Shown: positions 49,020-62,621, numbered from the whole stretch's first letter. The stretch: 63,792 bases of DNA, filler included, from Octopus bimaculoides (GCF_001194135.2; 8 parts of 7 records of this genome joined end to end with filler, not necessarily neighbours in it), one strand, 5' to 3'. The notes: a model not told the origin generated them from the letters alone. Numbers and translations: made by a program.

Positions 49020-51480
49020 GTATTAAGAGTTGCGAGTGCCATGTATACATCAAGTTATGTATGGTCTGGATTGTAGTATGTAAATGTGTGTTTCGCTGCA
49101 TGTAGTCATCTGAGTAATTGTTCAGTGTATTTATTTATAATGCACTCCTTTGTCAACATTATCGAGAGTGACTACTCTGAGCATAATTAGCATTTGCGGG
49201 ATATAGTGTTGTAGGGACTTGTGTGTCTAAGTATGGACCATGTAAGGTCGCATTTTGTCTTTGCTTCCTTAAGCTGCCAGATAAAATCAGCCAGGGATGT
49301 TACATGTCATTTAAGAATATTTTGAAAGCTGGTGATATGGTTGCGATATCAATTTTTGAAAAAATCGGCTGATGCCCCGATATATACGTAGGGGCCTCCT
49401 CGAGAGTTTATAGTGCACTTGTATACGACATTCTTAGTCATACATTGGTTATCCAAAGGGCAATTGGATCTATTTCTGCATGAGCATAGCTGTTTGATTT
49501 TGTTGGCTTGAGTACATTGAGCGCTGGAGGGATTGGTTTGTTCGGTATATTGGTTGTCAATATTATCCTTTTATTATCACTAGGTGTTCTCAGTTTATTA
49601 TTTGAATTGTTGCTGGTGTTATTTTTTGGATGGTTATCATGGATATTGTAATTATTGCTCTGTTGATTGGTACTATAATTCAAGTTATAAACATTGTCTT
49701 TAGGTTGGTCATATGAGTTATGGTTAATGTCAAGAAGGTTTTGAGTGCTGACTAATCTTCTTCTCAGTTTACGGTTGTTAATCCTATGAATATGGTGCTC
49801 TAAATTTGATGAATTTTCATAGGATAGTTTTGTAGTGTGACGGTTAAATATTTTGCTGTACACTCCATTTTTAGGGAAGCAGCGATCAAATGCGCTGAAT
49901 ACTTGTTTCGTGATATTAGATAAGATGTTGGAGTTCCAGACTGGGTTATACCAAAGGATGTCATGGTTTTTATATTTTCATTTAGGTTTGTTTGTCTGGG
50001 TGCTCAGAGCGGCAGTTGGATTTTGTGGCAGTGGTTGTTTAATTTGTTGTCTATTATAAGCTTTCTTTAACTCATGGTTGATACTAGTGTGTCTGGGTTT
50101 GGTTGGTCTTATCTTATCATTTGGGATTCTATTTTCTAGGTTTTTTATATTGTTTTTGTAGTTATTATTGTGTTTGGCAAGGTTGTTATAATGAATCGTA
50201 TTATTACTAGTTGAGTTATAAGAGTTATTATTATTATTATTACTACTGGCATACTGGATTTTCTCACGGTATCTGGCCTTAGCTAAGGCTGAGTTATAAG
50301 GTGTGTGTATGTTGAATATACTTTCATTTGCAGATAACCTGGATATTCTAGCCGAGATGTTGTTAACAAGTCCCCTAATTATTGATGGTGGATGATTAGA
50401 TTCAACACTGATGTATTTCAGGTTCTCATTAGGTTTATGGAACGGTTCATGTAGACCAGTATCCAAGTCAAAAGTAGAATCTAAAAAATTGACGATATTC
50501 ATTGATTATAGTGAAAGAGAGTTCATTATTTAAAAAAAAAACTTGAATAGAGATTTTTTTTGTACTTTTCACGCTGTACTTTGCTACATTTATATAGGAA
50601 GAATAATGCGTCATCTCTGTACAGGCCTTTGTTCAATCCAGGAATATGTAATTGTATCTGGGATAAGGATGTAAATTCCTAAAAGGTCAGTTACTTCTGC
50701 AGAATCAAATGATCCTATAGCTATGTCAAACACATTTGGAGTGTCAGATCTAGTTCATAAATTATTATGAAAATCTACCAAGGTTCCTCACACGGCTAGT
50801 ATTATGTCAATTTTGTAGCTGGAAAGATCCAAAATGTTCCTAGCAAAGATTAAAGCCCTATTTAAGGGGATAGGGTTAATATTGGCATAATATCCCTCTA
50901 CATCTAGTTGAATGAATTTGCTTTGTTTGCTTGTTATTGGGTGGTTAAACCACCCAATTACTTGTTGGGTGTCAGACTTTAGTGCTAGAGTATTTCTAGA
51001 TTGAGGTTGGGGTATAATCCTATCTAATATTGTCTTACTTATCCTCCCGATATCAGATTTTCAGGGGCAGATTAATCTAACACAGGGGGCAATACGGAAG
51101 TTTGGTTTGTGCTATTTTAGTTGTATTCGAGGTTTGTGTGGTGCATAAGGTTCAGTTCTATCATGTATATTTAAGTTATTTACTATTTCTAAACCTTTTC
51201 TATTCATTATGTTGAGTGTATCTGCTTGTGCATGTCTGTATTTACTGCATAGATCACGATGTATCAGACTATTATATAGATTAAAGTAAACAATATAAAC
51301 ATTACAGGTTTCATCAGCTGGTATGATTATTCCCTGGGCTTTTTCAAATTCATCAAGTATTTTCCTAAGTTTACGTTGGTGTGGGTGTGTTTTGACACAG
51401 ATTTTTCTAAATTCAATGATTCAATGTTTGTGACAATATTGTATAATTCTTCTTTGAATTTAGCAAGATGTTTGTTGATG
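49020..51480 (-). mobile_element. Penelope-like element (RT + GIY-YIG), degenerate
   Basis: IIIPADETCNVY...HKPNFRIAPCVRLICP*KSDIGRISK (RT); FLDSTFDL...KPNENLKYISVESNHPP (thumb); CPLDNQCMTKNVVYKCTI...YVYIGAS (GIY-YIG); multiple stops and frameshifts. Confidence 0.9.
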
Positions 51481-51504
51481 GGTGGGTTGATTCATGATCT
51501 AATA

Positions 51505-53163
51505 TCATCATCATCGTTTAATGTCCGCTTTCCATGCTAGCATGGGTTCGATGATTTGACTGAGGACTGAGGAACCACATGGCTACACCAGGCTCCAATC
51601 TGATTTGGCACAGTTTCTACAGCTGGATGCCCTTCCTAACACCAACCACTCCGAGAGTGTAGTGGGTGCTTTTACGTGCTACCGACCCGAAGGCCAGTCA
51701 GGCGGTACTGGCAACAGCCACGCTCAAAATGGTCTATTTTACGTGCCACCTGCACGGGAGCCAGTCCAGCGGCACTGGCAACAATCTCACTCAAATGACT
51801 TTTCACATGCCACCAGCACAAGTGCCAGGAAGGCGACGCTGGTAACGATCATGNNNNNNNNNNNNNNNNNNNNNNNNNNNNNNNNNNNNNNNNNNNNNNN
51901 NNNNNNNNNNNNNNNNNNNNNNNNNNNNNNNNNNNNNNNNNNNNNNNNNNNNNNNNNNNNNNNNNNNNNNNNNNNNNNNNNNNNNNNNNNNNNNNNNNNN
52001 NNNNNNNNNNNNNNNNNNNNNNNNNNNNNNNNNNNNNNNNNNNNNNNNNNNNNNNNNNNNNNNNNNNNNNNNNNNNNNNNNNNNNNNNNNNNNNNNNNNN
52101 NNNNNNNNNNNNNNNNNNNNNNNNNNNNNNNNNNNNNNNNNNNNNNNNNNNNNNNNNNNNNNNNNNNNNNNNNNNNNNNNNGTGCTTCACCACCTCATCC
52201 CAGGTCTTCCTGGGCCTGCCTCTTCCACGGGTTCCCTCAACCGCTAGAGTGTGGCACTTTTTCACACAGCTATCCTCATCCATTCTCGCCACATGACCAT
52301 ACCAGCGCAGTTGTCTCTCTTGCACACCACAACTGATGCTTCTTAGGTTCAACTTTTCTCTCAAGGTACTTACACTCTGTCGAGTATGCACACTGACATT
52401 ACACATCCATCGGAGCATACTGGCTTCATTCTTTTCGAGCTTACGCATATCCTCAGCAGTCACGGCCCATGTTTCACTGCCATGTAGCATGGTTGTTCAT
52501 ACACATGTGTTATACAGTCTGCCTTTTACTCTGAGGGAGGGACCCTTTGTCACCAGCAGAGGTAAGAGCTCTCTGAACTTTGCCCAGGCTATTCTTATTC
52601 TAGCAGCTATACTCACAGCGCACCCACCCCCACTACTAACGTGGTCACTTAGATAGCGGAAGCTATCAACTACGTCTAGTTTTTCTCCTTGGAATGTGGC
52701 AGAAGTTGTTTTCTGCACATTTACAGTGTTTATTGCTCCTGAACATCTACCACATATAAAAACTAACTTCTTACTTAACCTGCCTTTGATATTGCTGCAC
52801 CTTTTATGTGTCCATAACTTACTCTTATAGAGTTACTACCTACACCTTTTCTACATACTGAGCAGGGCCATCTACCTGAAGGGGTTTGTATTTTGTCTAC
52901 CTTCCTACTTATTAGGACTTTGGTTTTAGCTAGGTTGACTCTAAGGCCCTTCGATTCTAGTCCCTGCTTCCACACCTGAAACTTCTCCTCTAGTTCTGAT
53001 CGTGACTCAGCAATTAGGGCAAGGTCATCAGCATAGAGGAGCTCCTAGGGGCATCATATCTTGAATTCCTCTGTTATCGCCTGGAGGACTATGATAAATA
53101 GGAGGGGGCTGAGGACAGAACCTTGGTGGACTCCTACCTCTAGCCGGAATTCTTCACTGTACT
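51505..53163 (-). mobile_element. RTE LINE 3' part (RT C-terminus, 3' UTR with 66-bp subrepeats, (GAT)n tail)
   Basis: LLYADDLALIAES..., GLRVNLAKTKVL, VDSFRYL, MLHGSETWA...LRWYGHVARMDE...GRGRPRKTW, followed by the ubiquitous tail. Confidence 0.92.
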
Positions 53164-53401
53164 NNNNNNNNNNNNNNNNNNNNNNNNNNNNNNNNNNNNN
53201 NNNNNNNTTAATTAATTAANNNNNNNNNNNNNNNNNNNNNNNNNNNNNNNNNNNNNNNNNNNNGTTACGCACTGGGGTTGATCTAATCGACTGGTCACCT
53301 ACCCCAAAGTTTCGGGCCTTGTGCCTAGAGTAGAAAAGATTTTCAATGTCGTTCTCTTATGTCGTCAACGCTTAAATGCTTCTTTATGTTCTTTGACACA
53401 G

Positions 53402-53582
53402 GTAGAGACAAGATACTACCCCTGCTGTCCGGAGAGTTATGTCACTTACATCATGACATTCGTTCTGCGCCGGCACTTCGTGTACTCTTGTCAAGTACTG
53501 ATTTTCCCAGCTATAATAATCGCGGCACTGATTCCTTTTATGTTCTTGTTACCTTCAGAATCTAAAGAACGTATAACTTTAG
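53402..53582 (+). CDS. Nicotinic acetylcholine receptor alpha-type subunit, exon with loop C and M1 (VETRYYPCCPESY...RR...LIFPAIIIAALIPFMFLLPSESKERITLG)
   Basis: YxCCxxxY vicinal cysteines; RR pre-M1; M1 proline; G|gtatgt donor. The exact acceptor is uncertain. Upstream exons are absent because the contig starts at 53264. Confidence 0.93.
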
Positions 53583-53789
53583 GTATGTAACAATGAACAT
53601 TTTTACCTATATATTTATTGTAAATTTTTTCTTTGCTACTGTGTATAAATATATACATACATGCATGCATGCATACACATCTAAATATATGCCTAATATC
53701 ACGCAAATCCTTTCGATGCATTATCACATTATCTTCAGAGGTCACGTATGGTTATGTCAAGAATGTTCTATATATTTATACATATCTAT

Positions 53790-54870
53790 ACGACTTTGAA
53801 TCTTGGAAAGAGGCCCACAGAGGCAGTCTGGTTGGGGGTAGTGGGGGGAAGGGCGATGCCAAGTGCCTTACTCACAGACCAAGACGTTTTTTTCAGAGAA
53901 GGAAGAAGCTCTATGACCTTGGGTTGAATGTAACGGTAGTTGGTGTTAGTAACTGGAAACTGCGAGCAAGAGCTTTGCACCCTCGATGGTCGTAGTCAAT
54001 GTTGAACCCTGCGCACCAGCTGGCTGAAGCAGCAGTATGAGTATTCGGGAAGCACTTCTCAAGGAGAACTACTCGCCTTGGAAGGGAACGTCCCTAGAAA
54101 AGGTGGGGTAAAGAAATCTTGCGCAGAACAAAAACTTGCTGGTTCACCGCAATCAGTAAGATTTCACTAAGAAAATGAATATGTTTGTAACAATTTGGAA
54201 CGTGCACATTGTGCTTGACCAAGATGTCTTAATAAATCGTGAGATCCCTAACCACTGAAAAGTACACGAAGAGACCCTAATGTACATTGAGGCCTTTACC
54301 TATCTCGGCAGCGCTGTGACGTGTACTAATTCCTCTGACTTAAAATTTGAGAGGCAAATAGTCTGCCACAAAGGTATTTGGCTCTCTTGAGAAGCATCTA
54401 CAAAGCTGACATCACATTGTGCGCAACATGAAGATAAAGGTGTGCGTGCTGCAATGATCCTGTGTTTCCTCTACGCCACAGAATGCATGGCTCTCTACCG
54501 CAGGCTTATCAAAGCCCTGACGCGAGTCCTCTTTCATCATTTGTACTCCATCTTGTATGCCAGACAGAAGGCTCGCATTCAAGATGAGGAGGTTCTGTTC
54601 TGCGCTTGTACAGTTAGTGCAGAGGCCCAAATGACCTCATCGCAGCTGCAGTGGGAGGAACATATTTACAGAAATGAAGTCGACATTCTCCCGCCAAGGG
54701 CAGTTTACTACCCTGAAATGCGTCATGGACGGAGGCTGCAATGCAGAGAACACTGAAAAGACATATGAAAAACTCCGGCACCTCTCCAGAGACCCGGAAG
54801 GACAAGGCCCTGCGAAGAAATGAAGAACACTGGTCGCTTGAGCTCGTATTTGCAGTCATTGAAAATAAAC
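53790..54870 (+). mobile_element. Internally deleted RTE LINE in the receptor intron
   Basis: 5' UTR-like segment; MNMFVTIWNVHIVLD (APE start); then an abrupt jump to IEAFTYLGS...AAMILCFLYATECMALYRR...QLQWEEHI (RT C-terminus). Confidence 0.7.
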
Positions 54871-54960
54871 CACAATTGCAATTCCCACAATGCATCTGCA
54901 AATGAACTGATTTAATTATCCTATGCTCCTCCTTCCATCCAATCTTTCTGTCCCTATCAC

Positions 54961-55110
<150 letters not shown>

Positions 55111-55182
55111 TGTTTCTACGCCTTTCTTCAATTATTTCCCTATTTCTCTCTTACTCTCTCTCTCTCACTCTTTATTTCCTAG

Positions 55183-55269
55183 GAATCGCACTCATAGTGG
55201 TATGTGTCATGCAGATTAACGTAATCAACAACAGCTTACCGAAAGGCTATTCGACGATCCCGGTTATTT
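55183..55269 (+). CDS. nAChR-like exon with M2 and M2-M3 loop (GIALIVVCVMQINVINNSLPKGYSTIPVI)
   Basis: tttcctag|GA...T|gtaagt; 87 bp, phase 1/1; aligns without gaps to the canonical [29 protein letters not shown]. Confidence 0.88.
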
Positions 55270-55619
55270 GTAAGTATAATCATGATAATGATGAACACAT
55301 TGGTGATAGTGATAGGGTGATTATGATGATGATGATGTTGGTGATGATGTTATCGCTGTTTGTTGGTGGTAGTGGCGCTGCTAGTGCTGTTGATGAGGGC
55401 GGTTACAATGACAATGATGTGATGGTTGTGATGTTGGCTTTTTCTTTTATTGAAACTAAAACAGAACTTTTTTCACAATTCGAGTTTCATGCCAATGAGA
55501 TCTTCAGGCGAGAACTGTAACAACTCAGTATTGATAGTGTATTCATAATTTTAACGCGCGCGAGTCTTTATTCAGCTGTATGCTTTTCGTTTATATTTCG
55601 TTTATATATTTTTTTTCAG

Positions 55620-55658
55620 TGACGTACCACGTGCTTACGTTGATCTTGGTTGCGTTGT
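55620..55658 (+). CDS. nAChR-like exon start, M3 (LTYHVLTLILVAL...), runs into a gap
   Basis: Poly-T tract then cag|TG in phase 1; hydrophobic M3-like sequence. Confidence 0.8.
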
Positions 55659-56417
55659 NNNNNNNNNNNNNNNNNNNNNNNNNNNNNNNNNNNNNNNNNN
55701 NNNNNNNNNNNNNNNNNNNNNNNNNNNNNNNNNNNNNNNNNNNNNNNNNNNNNNNNNNNNNNNNNNNNNNNNNNNNNNNNNNNNNNNNNNNNNNNNNNNN
55801 NNNNNNNNNNNNNNNNNNNNNNNNNNNNNNNNNNNNNNNNNNNNNNNNNNNNNNNNNNNNNNNNNNNNNNNNNNNNNNNNNNNNNNNNNNNNNNNNNNNN
55901 NNNNNNNNNNNNNNNNNNNNNNNNNNNNNNNNNNNNNNNNNNNNNNNNNNNNNNNNNNNNNNNNNNNNNNNNNNNNNNNNNNNNNNNNNNNNNNNNNNNN
56001 NNNNNNNNNNNNNNNNNNNNNNNNNNNNNNNNNNNNNNNNNNNNNNNNNNNNNNNNNNNNNNNNNNNNNNNNNNNNNNNNNNNNNNNNNNNNNNNNNNNN
56101 NNNNNNNNNNNNNNNNNNNNNNNNNNNNNNNNNNNNNNNNNNNNNNNNNNNNNNNNNNNNNNNNNNNNNNNNNNNNNNNNNNNNNNNNNNNNNNNNNNNN
56201 NNNNNNNNNNNNNNNNNNNNNNNNNNNNNNNNNNNNNNNNNNNNNNNNNNNNNNNNNNNNNNNNNNNNNNNNNNNNNNNNNNNNNNNNNNNNNNNNNNNN
56301 NNNNNNNNNNNNNNNNNNNNNNNNNGTCTCTTACAGTCTTTCATTTCCTCTATCCTTCTCTACCTCTCTCTCTCCCTCTTTCTCTTAAGCTCACATCCTC
56401 TCAATCTCTCCCTCCAG

Positions 56418-56747
56418 ATATTCCTGAAAGGATTACGCAAGTTGGTTTGTCTTGGAGACGATACTTACCATCCGACTGACGAGCAAGAGACAATGAGCAT
56501 GCGCGGAAAAGACGTCGTCGTTGGAGTAAATGATGAAAAACCTCCACAGACATCCGGTGGAAATATGGACGAAATCAACAAACACATGCAATCTTTGGCG
56601 CAGCGAGACAGCGTCTTGGATGCTCGCCAAGAAGTCCTTGCCGAATGGCAGCAGATGGCGATGGTCATCGATCGGATCATGTTTATTTTGTTTTTGATTA
56701 TTTTTGTCATCTCTACAATAAGTATCTTTCCTGATGCCTTCTATTAG
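56418..56747 (+). CDS. nAChR-like terminal exon (MX helix, short loop, MA helix, M4: ...EWQQMAMVIDRIMFILF...PDAFY*)
   Basis: ctccctccag|ATA; IFLKGLRKLVCL and the EW..xAMVIDR motif; TAG stop. Confidence 0.93.
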   Translation: MFLKGLRKLVCLGDDTYHPTDEQETMSMRGKDVVVGVNDEKPPQTSGGNMDEINKHMQSLAQRDSVLDARQEVLAEWQQMAMVIDRIMFILFLIIFVISTISIFPDAFY

Positions 56748-57168
56748 GGGACTGAGTGTGCATTATAACTTATATGCGTTTATATAAGAACAAAATGGGA
56801 GAGACTTCACATATATATATTCTAAACTTAAACACAGAATACATGTAATGACAAATAATAAAGATTGGTGTTGGAGAATAATTTTGCTTTTCTGTTTACA
56901 GTTGTTTCATCATTATTCAATATAGCAAGTCTTACAAAACATGCCGTAAACATACTTGCAAATGTTGATTAGTTTCCATGTGATATATTGCAGTTCTATA
57001 ATAACACGTTCTGAATATAATTTGTCGGAAACTTTTACGTATATTAGTTATATTGAATATTGACTGCTGGTTATATTTATTAATCATTAAACGATTGCAA
57101 GCAAGATATAAAAATAACTTTTGTCTTTTTGTCTTTTCTTTTTCTGTTTTCTTTCTTTCTTTTCATCA

Positions 57169-57252
<84 letters not shown>

Positions 57253-58198
57253 NNNNNNNNNNNNNNNNNNNNNNNNNNNNNNNNNNNNNNNNNNNNTTAA
57301 TTAATTAANNNNNNNNNNNNNNNNNNNNNNNNNNNNNNNNNNNNNNNNNNNNGGAGGAGGAAGGGGAGGAGGAGGGGAGGAGGAGGAAGGGGAAGAATTG
57401 TGAGAATTGTGAGGAGCAGTATTAGTGGAATGTAGGGACCCCAGTTCAGGACTGCTGATTTCATTTATCGACTCCCAACAGATTCTGGTTCACATGTTTC
57501 TCACATGTGGCATACTTATACATGGTTATTGTGGTGGTTGGTGTTTGTTGCTGGTTTTTGGCGTGATTATCAGGCGCTAGTTTTCATGAGTTGGTTTCTT
57601 GGAGTCGATGTTGTTCTGTGATTATTACCCCGTTAACCATGGGTTTCTACTAGCCAACGTTATAGTCTATCAGTCCTGAATTCACCCACCCCGCCACACA
57701 CCCACAAACATCCTGGTGGTTTACCGTCGCTCGACGATGAGGATTCAATGTTTTGATCAACAGAATTACTTGCCGTTGATTTAACTTGTAAGCGACTGCA
57801 TACTAAATGGACATGGGTACAGTTTAGGCAATTCTTTGCTAGTATCCGCCTGACACAACGCATAAGGCTGAACCGTTTCTAATTACAAGTACAGATTATC
57901 CTCCAAATTCCTGTGTATTTTATTTCATTTGCTGTATACGGGTCGACCCGGGGCTATAGAAAATGGTGTAGGCTCAAAACGATACGCTCTGGAATTGAAC
58001 CTATGACCTTGTAGACCATAATACACCTACAGACAAATATCACCATCAACAACAAAATACCAACAAAAACAGCTACAATAACAACAACAACAACATTACG
58101 TACAAGAGGATACCACTAAAACCGCCCCCAATAACAGCAAGATGAACAATAACGAAAAGCAAACGGAGTAACAGCAAAGCCAGGACTGCCACCACCGC

Positions 58199-58229
<31 letters not shown>

Positions 58230-59027
58230 AACAACAAATCGAAAAACAACTTCAAGAGCATCAAATAAGCAACACATATAAAATTTACAAAACCAACAAC
58301 AACCACAGAAATAAACACTTACACAACAAACAGCAACAACCATCATCGTCATCATCATCGTCATCACCATCATTATTATCACTTATCATCATCACCATCA
58401 TCATCACCATCACCATCATCATCATCATCAATATCCTCGTCGTCGTCATCAACATCATCATTAACATGATTATCCTCATCATCATCATGGACAGCAATAA
58501 CAGCAACAACAACGACCAGAACCGTAACAGCACCAACAGCACCAACAGCAAGGGCGGTGGCAACGTATGTAACAAAAAATCAAAAAATCAAAATAAAGAA
58601 AATTTACAAAACAAGTCAAGAAAAAAAACATTAAAATTAAAGAGAAAAACACATAAGGAAATACAAAGTAAAAAACCACAACAGAACCAGAGCAAGAAAC
58701 ACTCAAGTTGTGATAGAAAATATATAAATAAATAATGCAAGGAATGGTTGATAAGCAATATGGCTGAGGAGTAAGGATTAAATATAGAGTAACAAAAATA
58801 CAAATAAGAAACAAAATGCAGAAAAAGGAACTCGACATCTCATCTGTTTTGTATTTTTTATTATTATTTAAATATATTTATATAGTTATTTCGTTTTGGT
58901 TCTTGGTTAATACTTGTTGTTGTTGTTNNNNNNNNNNNNNNNNNNNNNNNNNNNNNNNNNNNNNNNNNNNNTTAATTAATTAANNNNNNNNNNNNNNNNN
59001 NNNNNNNNNNNNNNNNNNNNNNNNNNN

Positions 59028-59078
<51 letters not shown>

Positions 59079-59525
59079 AAATCCATTCCACTTATGGTTA
59101 TTCCATTGTAATAATATACCAGAGTTTAATGGTATATTAATAAATTGATCTCTTAAAATTCAGTGCAGATATTTTATAGTGCTTAAATACACACAAATAC
59201 ACACATACACATATATTCTTTAAGCAGCCGCAACCGAGATACATATTAACATGTCACAGTAAACATTTCTATCTCCCATCACTTTTGGTAAATCTTCAGT
59301 TTGATATTGTGTCTCGACCAATAATATCAATTCATATTCATTATCGTTGTTCAATTCAGGCTAGCCTTTGTTGACCACTGCTGTCACACTGAAAACCGAG
59401 CGATATATGTCTGTGTCTGTATTGAACACATACTCACACATACGCATAAGCGCGCTTACACATAAAACAGTATCTTTGAAAGCATGAAATCTGTAGAAAA
59501 TAGAAAGCCATTGAGATGAACTAAC

Positions 59526-59687
59526 CTCCTACTTGACTCATCACATCCCTGCCGTTTGTAATAACCGAGCATCTTTCCATTGGACGCTGTACACTGTTGC
59601 CGACAGGGGGTGTCATGTTTCCAGACTGTGATGATAAGCCGTCGTTGAAATTTAAGGAACTCGGCATGAGTTCTTCCCCGAAATCAA
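59526..59687 (-). CDS. RFX4: Probable RFX4 downstream exon (VDFGEELMPSSLNFNDGLSSQSGNMTPPVGNSVQRPMERCSVITNGRDVMSQVG)
   Basis: ttttctttcag|TT...G|gttagt; 162 bp, open, phase 1/1, matching the upstream RFX exon. Confidence 0.6.
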
Positions 59688-59724
59688 CTGAAAGAAAACA
59701 ATGAAAATTACTTCATTACATCAA

Positions 59725-60200
59725 GGCGCAGGAGTGGCTGTGTGGTAAGTAGCTTGCTTACCAACCACATGGTTCTGGGTTTAGTCCCACTGCGTGGCAC
59801 CTTGGGCAAGTGTCTTCTACTATAGCATCGGGCTGACCAAAGCCTTGTGAGTGGATTTGGTAGACGGAAACTGAAAGAAGCCCGTCGTATATATGTATGT
59901 GTGTGTATAGGTTTGTGTGTCTGTGTTTGTCCCCNNNNNNNNNNNNNNNNNNNNNNNNNNNNNNNNNNNNNNNNNNNNNNNNNNNNNNNNNNNNNNNNNN
60001 NNNNNNNNNNNNNNNNNNNNNNNGCTGGTGTGTTTATGGTCCCCGTAACTTAGCGGTTCGGCAAAAAGAGACTGATAGAATAAGTACTAGGCTTACAAAG
60101 AATAAGTCCTCGGGTCGATTTGCTCGACTAAAGGCGGTGCCCCAGCATGGCCGCAGTCAAATGACTGAAACAAGTAAAAGAGTAAAAGAGTAAAAGAGTA
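59725..60200 (+). mobile_element. Near full-length SINE family 1 copy
   Basis: Head through tail (gtaaaagag)3, with an internal gap. Confidence 0.88.
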
Positions 60201-60639
60201 CATGATTCTAATGAGATTGCTGCTTCTCGTTTTCTTTCTCTTTTTTGTTATCAATATCGTTTATCTTTCACTCGTTTCAATCAATGAACTGCGGCCATCC
60301 TGGGGCACAGCCTAGAGAGGCTTTGTCGAACATATTGACCCCCTCCCCAGTACTTATTTTTCGAGCTTGGTGCTTATTGTACCGCAAGTTAGGGGGACGT
60401 GAATAAACCAACACCGGTTAACAAGCGGTTGACGGGGATACAAACACATACACAGACACACGCACACACATTTGTGTGTGTGTATGTATAGAGTAGAAAA
60501 GACTTGCCCACGATGCCACGCAATAGGAATGAACCTGGAACCATGTGGTCACCGCGAAAATAACGTCTGGGCCTTCTTTATGGACTGTCTTATACGTTTG
60601 CTGTGATTCAACAGTTAAAAATTTGGGTCGTAAATACTA

Positions 60640-60945
60640 TTGGGTAATTTGGACAATAATTTGAATAATACAGAAGAATACACAGGAGATAAACTAAGGT
60701 GGAAAGTGAGACAGGTACTAGAGAAAGCGAAACTTCCCAAACCAAACATCACCAAGGAAGAAAAGTTCGCTATTAAAACATTACTGAGTGACAGTTCCAT
60801 CATAATACTTTCAGCGGACAAGGGCAATGCTACGGTGGTGAACAATGCTGAATACCCTGAAAAATTGGCAAGTTTCATAAATGATGGCAGCCACAGCAAA
60901 ATAAAGAAAGACCCAACTCTGAAAACAGAGGGGAAGTTGTGACAG
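60640..60945 (+). mobile_element. Penelope-like RT N-terminal fragment
   Basis: PNITKEEKFAIKTL...IIILSADKGNATVV...KIKKDPT. Confidence 0.75.
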
Positions 60946-61197
60946 ATCTTAATTTGAACAATAATTTGGACAATAATTTGAACAATAATTTGAAAAGTTT
61001 TCCCTTGTGAATTCTTGTGATACGATGTTTTCTTCTAAGAGGAATGTGATATAGAGGCTTTGATATATTGTAATTTTACTGTATTAGTTTTCTTGACACT
61101 AGAGTTTGCTTTGATTTTCATAATTTTGCTCATTTTTTTTTTCTTTTTGCTTCGATCCTCAGCCATTTTTTTTTTAAATGCTGTTTATTTAACTCAC

Positions 61198-61320
61198 CTA
61201 TTGATGTGTCTCCTTGACGGATATTACGTAAAAATTCACTGGCTCTTTCCTGACAATGGAGATTTTCCACCAGGTAGAGAACATAGTCATCAAACATAAG
61301 ATGCAGCAGGTGAAATGAAC
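61198..61320 (-). CDS. RFX4: RFX4-type transcription factor, dimerisation-domain exon ([41 protein letters not shown])
   Basis: tctcttttacag|GT...G|gtgagt; matches the vertebrate RFX4 signature [27 protein letters not shown]. Confidence 0.9.
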   Translation of the reverse strand, partial: VHFTCCILCLMTMFSTWWKISIVRKEPVNFYVISVKETHQ

Positions 61321-61779
61321 CTGTAAAAGAGAGAATGAAGTTTCGTGTGTGTAAATAAAGCTATAAAGATAAAATTGTCAAGTAGTAAAACAATATTTCG
61401 GGCAATTCTTTTTGTGTAGACCTGTTTAGTTTTGTAAAAACTCTCTCTTTTATTTATTAACAAATATAATTACCTGCATTTAAGAGCTAAAAATAAATCC
61501 ACAATGTGCATATATATATATATATATATAACACTCAATATTTCATCTACATTCAATACTTTATTTCATGGTGCCATCCATTTTTATTTTATTTTATTTT
61601 ATATTATATATTGTATATTATATATTGTATATTCCATATTCTATACCCCACATTGGTTCTGCAGGAATATAAATAAAACATAAAAAACAGACAGTGTTGG
61701 AACTCTTTTCAACAAAATAATATATTCCTCGATACACAATCATACAAAAAACCCCACCTTTTTTGTATTTATTTTTACT

Positions 61780-61825
<46 letters not shown>

Positions 61826-62208
61826 ATGGATGGATGGATGGATCTGTGTGTGTGCGTGTGTGTGTGTGAACGTATTATTCAAGAACTGTCGATTGTTTCT
61901 TCACAGAAAATTAATGAAAACTTCTTAATATATAAAGGAAAGTAATCATACATACGTTATTGCATAACATTATTGTGTTCTTGTTAAAACAGCAATGTAG
62001 TCGTGATTCTTGTTGGTACGTGTATACATACATACATACATACATACATAATTGCATACATAATTATATACATATGTACATGCATACATACATAGACATG
62101 CTTACGTACACATCTATATACATGCCTCTATGTATATATGAATACACACATACCTACGCATATACACACATGCATACATACTCACACATATATGTATGTA
62201 TGTATATA

Positions 62209-62247
<39 letters not shown>

Positions 62248-62347
62248 NNNNNNNNNNNNNNNNNNNNNNNNNNNNNNNNNNNNNNNNNNNNTTAATTAAT
62301 TAANNNNNNNNNNNNNNNNNNNNNNNNNNNNNNNNNNNNNNNNNNNN

Positions 62348-62590
62348 AAAAAATAAATATATATATAAATAAAAAAATAAATATATATGTAAATAAATAT
62401 ATATATATGTATATATGAATAAATAAGTAAATATATATATAACTAAAAATATATATAAATAAATATATATATATAAATAAATATATATATAAATAAATAA
62501 GTAAATATATATATATATAAATAAATAAATATAAGTAAATATATAAATAATTAAATATATAAATAAATAAACAAATATATAAATAAATAA

Positions 62591-62621
<31 letters not shown>

